This document shows, piece after piece, positions 10,847 through 20,899 of a stretch of 24,159 nt of DNA. The stretch comes from Octopus sinensis (Eukaryota). The notes beneath the pieces are model-generated. The model had not been told where the DNA came from. It did not search any database and saw nothing but the letters and a program-made list of their open reading frames with translations. The position numbers and the translations under genes were made by a program. The stretch spans positions 1 to 24,159 of the forward strand of contig NW_021836440.1 in NCBI RefSeq assembly GCF_006345805.1. The letters are read 5' to 3'. Each line of letters opens with the position of its first letter. Positions within the stretch are counted from its first letter, which is position 1.

Positions 10847-10850
<4 letters not shown>
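10782..10850 (-). mobile_element. 3' fragment of the hammerhead-bearing short element at 20792-20961
   Basis: About 70 nt matching 20792-20862 with 6 mismatches and the same end; truncated by a (TA)n run. Confidence 0.8.
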
Positions 10851-10889
<39 letters not shown>

Positions 10890-10981
10890 ATTTATAATTT
10901 TACACACACATACATACATATGTATAGACTTATATGGTATATTATATGGTAAATAGATACCACACACGCTATATGTTATAT

Positions 10982-11120
10982 TATGTATACACAGTATATA
11001 TGTACATACATACATAAACAGTATATGTATACATATGTATACACAGTATATTATACATACATACACACACAGTATTTGTATACATTTATATACACGGTAT
11101 ACAATATACATATATATGTG

Positions 11121-11167
<47 letters not shown>

Positions 11168-11294
11168 TATATAATATATATGATATATATGTATATGTAT
11201 ACTGTGTATATAAATGTATACAAATACTGTGTGTATGTATGTATGTATAATATACTGTGTATGTATGTATGTACATATATACTGTGTATACATA
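10982..11294. repeat. Long imperfect inverted repeat built of TA/CA-rich sequence
   Basis: 10982-11116 is the reverse complement of 11184-11294 except a ~25-nt indel and a few substitutions; peptide THSICIHLYT appears on both strands in the ORF track. Confidence 0.85.
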
Positions 11295-11655
11295 TAGTGT
11301 GTGTATATATATATATATATATAAAATATATACTGTATATACATGTGTATTATGTATATTTATATATATATATATATATATGGCAAAACCTTTTGACCTC
11401 ATCATAAAATTTTTCTGCATACGTGACTAAAAACTTTATGTAGATTTTACAGCATCAGTTTTTTAACATAACATACATACATACATATATATATATATAC
11501 ACGCACTATACAGTACAGTACTGAAGTAGTTTTTATTTCACTATTAAATAACATGCTTTTCATAACGTCATTTATCAAAGTCGATGACCATGTCCATTGT
11601 GAATGATGTAGGAACCTGTTTATCCCCATGATGACTATGGTTAATTTTATTGCAG

Positions 11656-11740
11656 ATACCTATGATAAAATGCTTACTCAACCTACCTGCGATACCGTAG
11701 TAGATATTATGTTGCTGTATTATGCTTCAGAAAATCTCTT
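11656..11740 (+). CDS. Candidate internal exon (phase 1 to phase 2) of an unidentified gene
   Basis: Acceptor TTAATTTTATTGCAG|, one open frame (D)TYDKMLTQPTCDTVVDIMLLYYASENL, weak donor TT|GTAATA; non-repetitive island. Confidence 0.3.
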
Positions 11741-11772
11741 GTAATATAATTCCATTCAGGAATGATTTAACA

Positions 11773-12506
11773 TAGTGGTTCCCAAATCTTTCCAGGGTGC
11801 CACACCCTTGGTGCCCTGGCAACATTCCTAGCTCTACCCCCTTCCTACTCACCACCACAAACACACACCGTTTTCTGCAGCAAATTAAAAAAAAACAATA
11901 TTTCACAAATAAAACTTAACCTAACTAACTTGTTATTTTGTTGATTTTCACATTCATTACCCCACTTTTGGTCATCCCACTACCTATTTCTTTATTACCC
12001 ACAAGGGGCTAAACACAGAGAGGACAAACAAGGACAGACAAACGGATTAAGTCGATTATATCGACCCCAGTGCGCAACTGGTACTTAATTTATCGACCCC
12101 GAAAGGATGAAAGGCAAAGTCGACCTCAGCGGAATTTGAACACAGAACGTACTGGCAGACAAAATACCTATTTCTTTACTACCCACAAGGGGCTAAACAC
12201 AGAGAGGACAAACAAGGACAGACAAACGGATTAAGTCGATTACATCAACCCCGGTGTGTAACAAGTACTTAATTTATCGACCCCGAAAAGATGAAAGGCA
12301 AAGTCGACCTCGGCGGAATTTGAACTCTGAACGTAACGGCAGATGAAATACAGCTACGCACTTCGCCCGGCATGCTAACGTTTCTGCCACCACGCTGCCT
12401 TTTGATCATCCCATTATCATGCCACTTTTCTTCAATGCCCACCCTCTTCATGGACCTTTGCACCACCACCACCAGGGGGCAGTACTGTCCGCTTTGGGAA
12501 GCACTG
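11773..12506. mobile_element. hAT (Charlie-like) MITE hosting a SINE dimer
   Basis: TIRs TAGTGGTTCCCAAA (11773-11786) and TTTGGGAAGCACTG (12493-12506), 12/14; 8-bp flanks ATTTAACA / GTTTAACC (6/8, right flank overlaps next element). Confidence 0.7.
11985..12399 (-). mobile_element. SINE family B head-to-tail dimer inside one 14-bp TSD
   Basis: Full copy 12170-12399 followed on - strand by a copy lacking its first ~40 nt (11985-12169); TTTTGGTCATCCCA (11966-11979) vs TTTTGATCATCCCA (12400-12413). Confidence 0.9.
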
Positions 12507-12508
12507 GT

Positions 12509-12817
12509 TTAACCCTACAGCATTCAGATTACTCTATTATATGTCATGCATCTTTATTCATCCTCTTTTAAACTGATCGTTCGCTTATCTTGTATAAACT
12601 GTCTTATACAAACAATCTTATACAAACATACACTATCTTATATAAACACTCAGTCTGATTATTTACAAAACGACATTGTAAGGTAAAGTAGCAGACGCCA
12701 AACCTGGGCAGTTTGAACACAAAATGGTTCAAATATTCTAAACCAGATATGGCTGGTTTAAGTGCTAAAGACTTAAAGAATATTAACCCTTTAACGTTTA
12801 GATTACTCTATCAAATT
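12509..12817. mobile_element. piggyBac-like non-autonomous element (12513-12772) plus a second truncated left end (12787-12817)
   Basis: TTAA|CCCTACAGCATTCAGATTACTCTA ... AGTGCTAAAGAC|TTAA; second TTAA|CCCTTTAACGTTTAGATTACTCTA; TTAA target and CCCT ends are piggyBac hallmarks. Confidence 0.55.
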
Positions 12818-12862
12818 GTGAAGTATATTTGCCACTTATAAGTGGCAAATATACTTCACAAT
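12815..12862. repeat. Perfect 48-bp palindrome with no spacer
   Basis: ATTGTGAAGTATATTTGCCACTTA|TAAGTGGCAAATATACTTCACAAT, 24/24. Confidence 0.97.
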
Positions 12863-12880
12863 GTGTTACAGCTACTGTTT

Positions 12881-12964
12881 ATACCTCGCCCAAGGTGCCA
12901 CACAGTGAGACTGAACCTGGAACCATGCGGTCAGGAAGCAAGCTTCTTACCCAACAGCCACTCC
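12881..12964 (-). mobile_element. 5' fragment of SINE family A
   Basis: CCCAAGGTGCCACACAGTGAGACTGAACCTGGAACCATG...CAGCCACTCC. Confidence 0.8.
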
Positions 12965-12978
12965 TATATATATATATA

Positions 12979-13367
12979 TATAAAGCTGAAGTTGTCTGTG
13001 TATGGCAAGTTTGGTAGCCTTCAACTAACACTATCTCCTCCAAGGCCCTGTGGAACAAGTTGACCAAATTTGAGAGTATGATAGAAAAAGGCTTGCTCTT
13101 CATTCCGTAGAAGAAAAAATTCAAATCGGACCATGTTAACACCAAAAATTACTTACATCAAAAAAGGTGTTTTTTTCTATGAAAATCCCTATTATTTATG
13201 ATTTTTGATGGTGGTCTTGTGTTGTTCACCATTTTTTGGTGTTATTTCAACCAGAAAAAATGTCACTTAAAGAGAATAACAAGCTACATAATGCAAAATT
13301 TTTACTTTTCAAAAATTCCAATTTTAAAGGGTCGAAACAAACCTGAGCAAAACCGGAGATATGCTAG
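12979..13367 (+). mobile_element. Non-autonomous Helitron, copy 1
   Basis: Homologous along its length to 17994-18384; ends CTAG|T with degenerate subterminal hairpin; 5' TC lost in a (TA)n run. Confidence 0.8.
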
Positions 13368-13391
13368 TATGTATGTAGTATAATATCAGTA

Positions 13392-13423
<32 letters not shown>

Positions 13424-14341
13424 ATAAAGTAATGCTTATCATCACTTACACATGGCTGAAATATTTGTCTTTAAAAAACTACAAGAATGAAGATCTCATG
13501 AGCAGAGACATACATTTATTATATCCTGTGATAACTGACTGAGAGCAATTTTGGGATAATTGAACTAAATACTTTTGGATGATTTGAAACTGAACATGGA
13601 CCATTTCAGTTTGAAATTGTGAAATTTTACTTGTTAAAAACACTTATGTTCTTGCTAACAGTTGTAGGACAAAAATTTATTTTCAGAACTACCCTAAATA
13701 TTCACACACAAGCACATAAGGAGCAGGGGAAAAAAGGTGGCATAAATAGAACTTGGATAAAATATGGTGTGGTTTTGAAGTTGGAAAATTTTGAACTGTT
13801 GCTCAGAATTTCAACTAATTCTTTTCAGCTTCAAAATATGTGTATGTGTGTGTGTGGGTGTGTGTATAAGAATGTGTGTGTGTGTGTGTGAGTGAACTGC
13901 AATCAGACAAAAAAAAATGATGATGATGCTGTTACATAATTTTGACAAGAATGGTTGAAGGCAAACTATTTCATTGATTAAATAAGAAATTAATTAGTTA
14001 ATTACTGTATAGATTTACCTAAATTCATACACAGAAGCCAATGTATAGCAATGAAATGATTCCTCTAGCTATTTGTAATGATCGTCTCCTATGCAATAAT
14101 AAAGAATACTACTTATTAATTAGCTATGCATAGGTCACTTTTACTAAATTAAAAGCAATTAATGAAGTCTACACTACCAAGAAAATTTATCAATTCCAAT
14201 TTTAATATATTTTTATCAAAATATGCTTTTCTACTTTTTTGTATTATTAAAGATTTCAATTACATGTTTCAACCAGAAATTTTTATTCACTATTTTTAAC
14301 ACTTAACGTTTGTATTCATTTTCTTCTACTGATTCCGTGCA

Positions 14342-14383
<42 letters not shown>

Positions 14384-14623
14384 TCTCCATCTTTTCTTTG
14401 CTTACAGCCTTTATGTCTATTGGCCTTTATATTTTTTCATTTTTGTAACTTCTCTCTCTCACACTTTTATCCTCATTATCTTATTTTCTTTCAAGGTCTT
14501 TGACACTTCAGACTTTGTCCCTCCTCTTTCTCACAAGCTTCATTTGTCACCCTGCCCCTGTTTATTTCATTTCATAATTTTCGTCTTTCCCCAGCACACA
14601 GTTACTTTCATTCTCTTTCCTTG

Positions 14624-14659
<36 letters not shown>

Positions 14660-14769
14660 TCTCTCTCTCTTGCATGCTTTCCACACACACACAAAAAAAA
14701 TTGATTACATAGTTTTTCTTTGAGAAACTTCAGGAATATTTGAGAAAACGTTTACTCTTATATATACAA

Positions 14770-15000
14770 GGGCAGGCATGGCAGTGTGGCAAAGAAGTTT
14801 GCTTCCCAACCTCATGATCCCGGGTTCAGTCCCACAGAGGGGAACCTTGGGCAAGGGTCTTCTAATATAGCCTCAGGCCAACCAAAGCCTTGTGAATGAA
14901 TCTGGAAGATAGAAACTGAAAGAAGCTTGTTGTGTGTGTGTGTGTGTGTGTTCACCAATACTGTAGGTGTATTTATGTCCCTGTAACTTAGCTGTTTGGT
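14770..15000 (+). mobile_element. Diverged SINE family A copy
   Basis: GGCATGGCAGTGTGG, GGGTTCAGTCCC, CCTTGGGCAAG, GAAACTGAAAGAAGC, TG run, GTCCCTGTAACTTAGC. Confidence 0.8.
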
Positions 15001-15071
15001 TGCTGGTAGAAACTCCACCCTCCAGGCTTGCTTGTATGAAACTGCTGCGCGGTACATAACTGCGAATATAT

Positions 15072-15618
15072 ATCAAAATCAAAGTGAAATTCGATGACAG
15101 GCACGAGCACCATACGAGCATGATTGTTGAAAGAGTGGCTAACCAGCTTCTGTGCCAATGGCACATAAAAGGCACCATTTAAGTGTGATCGTTACCAGCG
15201 TCACCTTACTGGCACTTGTGCTCCGTGCTAGTAGCGTGCTAAGAGCACCATCCAAGCGTGATCGTTGCCAGAGCAGCTAACTGGCTTCCGTGCTGGTGGC
15301 ATGTAAGAGGCCACCATTCGAGCGGGATCGTTACCAACATCGCCTTACTGACACCTATGCCAGTGGCATGTGTAAAAAGATTCAAGCGAAGTCATTGCCA
15401 GTACCGCCTGACTGGCCCCCGTGCCAATGGCATGTAAAAGCACCCACTACACTCTCAGAGTGGTTGGCATTAGGAAGGGCATCCAGCTGTAGAAAGTCTG
15501 CCAGATCAAGACTGGAGCCTGGTGCAGCCATCTGGTTCGCCAGCCCTTTCCATGGTTGGATGGTTTGACTGAGGGCTGGCGAACCAGATGGCTGCACCAG
15601 GCTCCAGTCTTGATCTGG
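15072..15618 (+). mobile_element. Family D: tandem ~65-70-bp subunits followed by an RTE-like 3' body; ends in an inverted duplication
   Basis: About five GTGCCNNTGGCAYRTAAAAG...CCA subunits (15160-15445), then AGGAAGGGCATCCAGCTGTAGA; homologous to 20445-20790. Confidence 0.75.
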
Positions 15619-15628
15619 TGTGTGTATA

Positions 15629-15683
<55 letters not shown>

Positions 15684-16467
15684 TATATATAGGAGTAAAG
15701 GTAAGGACAAGTAAGTTAGGTGAGTCAGTACACAAAAGTCAATATACAAACATGGCATACCCTACAAACATACCCTAGCAGAAACAACAGCTGGAGGGTG
15801 GAGTTTGTCAGCAATAAAATTACGCAAGAACATTATCTTCGATTTTGAGTTTGATTGCTGTTATAATCAATGATGAAAGTGCCGACCAATTGATTAGTGA
15901 ATCTCCTTGGATTTACACTTTGCATGGAATGCCCTGTAGATTTCACCTCTATGGATTCATATCCTCTTCACTTGACATTTTCTTAACCAGATATTCATAC
16001 ATGGAATGCTGACTGAGGAATTTGCCTAGATTCCTTGAATCTCTACATTCTATCACTCTCGCTTGTTCACTCATCCACCCATTAACCCATTCATATATAT
16101 CATCATCATCATCATTTAACATTGGCCTTTAACGATGATGATAAATAAACATACAAATATATATATATATATATTATATATATCTATATATATATATATG
16201 AATGAACAAGAGTGATAGATAGTAGAGATTGAAGAATCTCTATATATATATCTAATATATATATACACACACACACACACACCACACACACACACACACA
16301 ACACAGAAGGCATTATTAACAAGAATGGAGAATTATACATCTTTAAAACTAATTTATTACAGAATTATTGACATTAAATTGATATTTGATTTCAGTCCAA
16401 CACGTGTTTCTCGCTACATAAGTGTCCTAATGCCCTTTGATTCAGCATTTCCATATTCATTTACATC

Positions 16468-16513
<46 letters not shown>

Positions 16514-16786
16514 GTATATATACACACATATATATATATGTATATATATACTCACACACACACACACATGTATATATGTATATATATCTATGTGTGTGTG
16601 TGTGTATACTTTAAGTTCGTTCACAGGAAATGCTTTGAATATGTAAAAATCCACTCATAAGGCATTGGTTGGCCTGAGGCTATAGTATAATGGTTTTGCT
16701 ATGGAATCATGAAACTATTTTTTGTTTTCTGAAGAAGCAATGTTTTAGACTTACAACCCTTTTGCATAATAGCAACAACATATATA

Positions 16787-16915
16787 TGGCCGTGTGGTAA
16801 GAAACTTGCTTCCCAACTACCCGGTTCTGTGTTCAATCCCACAGTACAGCACCTTGGGCAAACCAAAGCCTTATGAGTGGATTTGGGAGACGGAAACTGA
16901 AAGAAGACCATCATA
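16787..16915 (+). mobile_element. SINE family A 5' fragment with internal deletion
   Basis: TGGCCGTGTGGTAAG...CCTTGGGCAA..CCAAAGCCTTATGAGTGGATTTGG..GAAACTGAAAGAAG. Confidence 0.8.
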
Positions 16916-17323
16916 TATATTATATATATCAAGATTAATCAGCTGAAATTGCGAAGATGATCCAGTTCTTGACTGATGATTGAGGGCTTCGAATGTCCTG
17001 TCCGTGTTTTTTGTGTCGTCTTCTAAATGTTTCACGTTCTTGTCCCAGTTTGTATATTTTTTTACTTTTACATATATATATATATATGTATGTGTATATA
17101 TGTATATATGTATATATATATACATATATATATATATAAGTTCAGTAAAATTTAGATTCAGTTGAATATGGTACTTAAGTTAAAGGCACCAGAAATTAGT
17201 ATGATATTATCCATATAATTCAAAATGGGGTAATATTTGCATTGTTCAATTAAATGGAGTCACATGAAACGATCGTACTGCATTACCTTTGGATATCCTT
17301 GTTGCTTATTTTGATTATATATA

Positions 17324-17612
17324 TATAGCCCCGGGCTGACCAAAGCCTTGTGAGTGGATTTGGTAGATGGAAACTGAAAGAAGCACATCGTATATATGTA
17401 TGTATATATATGTGTGTGTTTGTGTGTCTGTGTTTGTCCCCCCCAACATCGCTTGACAACCGATACTAGTGTGTTTACATCCCCGTAACTTAGCAGTTTG
17501 GTAAGAGAGACCGATACAATAAGTACTAGGCTTACAAAGATTTGCTCGACTAAAGGCGGTGTTCCAGCATGGCCACAGTCAAATGACTGAAACAAGTAAA
17601 AGTGTGAAAGAG
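17324..17612 (+). mobile_element. SINE family A, 5'-truncated
   Basis: TATAGCCCCGGGCTGACCAAAGCCTTGTGAG through GACTGAAACAAGTAAAAG tail. Confidence 0.88.
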
Positions 17613-17993
17613 TGGAACTGAAACGAAGACAATGACGATGGCTGTCTTACCCTCACGTACAAAAGCTTGTTGTTGCTACTGTTGTTGATGTCATCTACTG
17701 GCATATAATTTAGGTCCATCAAGTAGTTTTTTTACTAACTACTTCTAAATGTCGATACTTTCTCCACTCGTCCTCTCTCCCCCTCCATCCCTTCCATTGT
17801 CCTCTCCGGAATATTAATATTTCACACACACACAACAAAAAGACTGATTATTCTGTAGCAAATGAAATTATGATATTGAAATGTCACCCACTTGGTTCTT
17901 GCAGAAATGTTTACTAGTGAGGTGAAAGTAATTTTCACAATACGGTTTCCACATAAACAAGATGGCTCAGTCATAGCCAGAAAGCCTTTATAA

Positions 17994-18384
17994 TCTCTCT
18001 TTATAAAGCTGAAGTTGTCTGTGTATGGCAGGTTTGGTAGCCTTCAACTAACACAATCTCCTCCAAGACCCTGCGGCACAAGTTGACCAAAATTGAGAGT
18101 ATAATAGAAGAAGGCTTGCTCTTCTTTCCGTAGAAGGAAAAATTTAAATCGGACCATGTTAACACCAAAAATTATTTACATCAAAAAGGTGCTTTTTTTT
18201 TTTCTATGAATATCCCTATATTTTATGATGTTTTGACTGCTGTGTCGCCAGTTTTTGGTGTATTTCAACCAGAAAAATGTTCACTTAAAGAGAATAACAA
18301 GCTACATAATGCAAATTTACTTTTCAAAAATTCCAATTCTAAAGGGTCGAAACAAACCCAGGCAACGCCGGGCGATACTGCTAG
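17994..18384 (+). mobile_element. Non-autonomous Helitron, copy 2, termini intact
   Basis: A|TC at 5' end (A17993), hairpin CCCAGGC-AAC-GCCGGG (18357-18372), terminal CTAG|T (18381-18385), no TSD. Confidence 0.88.
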
Positions 18385-18793
18385 TCATAAATACAATCAA
18401 TCAGGATTGAACTGAATGACAAAGGAGGACACATTAGATAATGTATTCCAAGGTATACCATCCACTTTTCTATGCTTGCATTGTTTTCCTTCTTTGGCTT
18501 CCTCTCTAAACACTGAACCATCAAGGTTAACTCAGGCATCACATGCATGCATGTATAAATGTAATATACCCATGTATGTGTGTAGATAAGTAAAAGACCC
18601 CTTTCAGTCATGAAAGACCCTTTTCAGTCATTTTTACCCAAATGCTGACTTTTTGTTTCTTTTATAAAGACATATATAAATATTTATAATACTTAAACAT
18701 ATCAAAGGGAAATGGAAAATTAAGTATAATTTTCACCTCCAGTGGCCTAAATTGTAAAAATTTTAGTCCCAAAAGACTATGAATTAGTCATAA

Positions 18794-19030
18794 TATATAG
18801 TGTACATTCAAACACATAAGGAATCCATTCATGGAATTCAACATGCTAGAAAGAACAGCTAGGTTCTATAACCACAAAAATTAGGGATAAATTTCAACAG
18901 GACAAAATGAAAAATAAAAACATTTTACCATCAAGTTTCCTAATATTTGTGGTTATAGAACTTAGCTGTTCTTTCTAGCGTGTTCAATTCCACGAGTGGA
19001 TTCCTTATGTGTTTGAATGTCCATTATATA
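18794..19030. mobile_element. Fold-back MITE with 92-bp terminal inverted repeats, TA-flanked (Tc1/mariner-type by inference)
   Basis: 18794-18885 vs reverse complement of 18939-19030: 84/92 identical; 53-bp spacer. Confidence 0.8.
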
Positions 19031-19057
19031 TCATAAATATTTATAAATATATAAAGA

Positions 19058-19378
19058 GTAAAGACCCCCTTCGGTCATGAATGACCATGGGATTGCACCT
19101 AGAAAGTTCCCTTTTGAGGCACAAGTCCAGGCAAGGTTGTTTTATGGAAGATCAGCAGTCCCCCATGCATACCAGATTCCCCTCTCCAAGGGAAAGGGAA
19201 AGGGGCCGATACAGCTTGGTACCAGTGATGTCGCAATACATTTCTACAGCTGAGGGAACTGGAGCAACGGGAAATAAAGTGTCTTGCTCAAGAACACAAC
19301 ACGCAGCCTGGTCTGGGATTCGAACTCACTACCTCGAGATTGTGAACATGACGCTCTAACCACCGATCCATGCACCTT
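19058..19378 (-). mobile_element. SINE family C (CORE-like), near full length
   Basis: Minus strand TGGATCGGTGG (A box), GAGTTCGAATCCC (B box), TTCTTGAGCAAGACACTTTATTTC..CAGCTGTAGAAATG; a tail fragment is also duplicated at 18590-18632. Confidence 0.85.
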
Positions 19379-19632
19379 CACTGGAGATAAGTACATGTAT
19401 GTATAAATGCAGTTTGCTATATTTCTGAAGATGAAGGCATATACATAGAATGTCTGCACCAGACTGAGGTATTGCCAACAGTCTATTCCTACACACAGGT
19501 AAATGATATATTGTCAGGAATAAACACACCTGAGCAGCTGAGGAAACAGTTTGCAACTGAGATTCCAGGAAAATAAATGGAAATATTCGCTGAATAGGAA
19601 AGATTAGTTTAAAAGATGTTGAGGATGTTTCA

Positions 19633-19665
19633 GCCACATGTGATACATATGTAGGAGGATAATGA

Positions 19666-19701
<36 letters not shown>

Positions 19702-19945
19702 CTACACATTTCTAATACATATTTAAAGGGAATATGAGAGAGTGACTATCACATGTAGTACATGTTTAAAAGGAGTATAAGAGGGGTAAGTGCCACATGT
19801 AATACATATTTAGAGAGAGTATAAAAGAGTAAGTACCACATGTCAACTACATGTTTAAAAGGAATATAAGATAGGGTAAGTACCACATGCGTGATACATG
19901 TTTGGAGGGAATATGAGGGCGAGTAACTATCACATCTACTACATG
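19633..19945. repeat. Diverged ~43-bp minisatellite, about 7 units, first unit split by (AG)n
   Basis: Recurring TACATRTTTAAARGGARTATRAGAGRGTAAGTACCACATGT. Confidence 0.8.
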
Positions 19946-20190
19946 TGTGGATGGAATAGAAAACTTCACTCCAATAGACTTTAGTCTGACCTATGCAAAC
20001 ATGGGAAAGGGAACATTAAACAATGGTGATATGGGACGACCTAGATGAGATTATTATATATATATACACACACACACATTCTTTTATTCTTGCCATGTAG
20101 TGGGACTGAACTAGGAACCATGTGGTTGGTAAGCAAGCTACACCTATATATATATATATATATATTTAGAAAACAACCACCTTTTATCAA

Positions 20191-20412
20191 TGTCTTGCAA
20201 ACAACTTGCACATGCAAGTGCTAGCAGTCAAAAGCTCCGTATACCGGAAACCAGCAAGTGTAAGGGGTCATCAGGAGAGAATGCGTGCCGTTTCAAGGCC
20301 TACCTCTCGACAGCATCAATGCGCACCGGCCCTCCTCACTGATATGAGGCCCTGCTTGCTAGATCAACTGGTTATGAAATTAAACTCAATATCCTTCTAG
20401 CCATCGCTCATC
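20191..20412. mobile_element. Unclassified ~220-bp GC-rich dispersed element, copy 1
   Basis: About 93% identical to 23913-24131 with identical boundaries TGTCTTGC...CGCTCATC; no TSD, TIR or tRNA head seen. Confidence 0.75.
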
Positions 20413-20444
20413 CATTATTAAATTATTAAATTCATTATTGAATA

Positions 20445-20790
20445 ATGAAATCGAATTGAACCAGCCAGGATCCCTGGTCTGGTGGTACGTAAAAAGCACT
20501 ATCCGACTCGTGGCCGATGCCAGCACCGCCTCGACTGGCTTCCGTGCCGTGGCACATAAAATACACCAATCTGACCGTGGCCGTTGCCAGCCCCCCTGGC
20601 ACCTGTGCAGGTGCTAAAAAGCACCACTACACTCACAGTGGTTGGCGTTAGGAAGGGCATCCAGCTGTAGACATTGCCAAATTAGACTGGAGCCTGGTGC
20701 AGCCTTCTGGCTTCCGAACCCCGGTCGAACCGTCCACCCCTGCTAGCATGGAGAACGGACGTTAACCGACGATGATGATGATGATGATGA
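20445..20790 (+). mobile_element. Family D copy with (GAT)n tail
   Basis: Tandem subunits, AGGAAGGGCATCCAGCTGTAGA, GCTAGCATGGAGAACGGACGTTAA, (GAT)n tail typical of RTE-mobilised elements. Confidence 0.8.
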
Positions 20791-20899
20791 TATATTGATA
20801 GAAATGGTAAGACAACAAAAGAATGAAAGAGACCTCGATATTATGTAAATAGAGGAATTTATCTGTAAATGTAATATGCGGCAATTATCCAGTAGCCAT

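Noticed and set aside
13773-13836. Imperfect 64-nt hairpin (pre-miRNA-like); also small hairpin 13582-13615
   Set aside because: Very AT-rich with several bulges; expected by chance.
15160-15445. CRISPR-like repeat/spacer look of tandem arrays (also 19633-19945, 22967-23430)
   Set aside because: Eukaryotic context, units diverge along their whole length, no unique spacers, no cas genes.
15010-15806. 16-bp exact inverted match AAACTCCACCCTCCAG (15010-15025 / 15791-15806) bracketing family D
   Set aside because: No TSD or extended TIR; likely two small fragments of another repeat.
16930-17060. CTGATGA preceded by a TCAAGA/TCTTGA stem, possible type III hammerhead
   Set aside because: Followed by GAAT not GAAA, no stem III partner, stem II out of register; probably a fragment of an unclassified repeat between TA runs.
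19413-19578. Open + frame CYISEDEGIYIECLHQTEVLPTVYSYTQ with strong donor CAG|GTAAAT at 19498
   Set aside because: Weak acceptors, phase (1 to 0) does not join the 21379 exon, no homology recognised; worth checking only with RNA-seq.
20206-20400. 64/63-aa ORF kept open in both copies of the 220-bp element, with an in-frame 3-nt indel
   Set aside because: Copies are ~93% identical so a shared ORF is expected; 6 synonymous versus 7 non-synonymous changes is too few to show selection.
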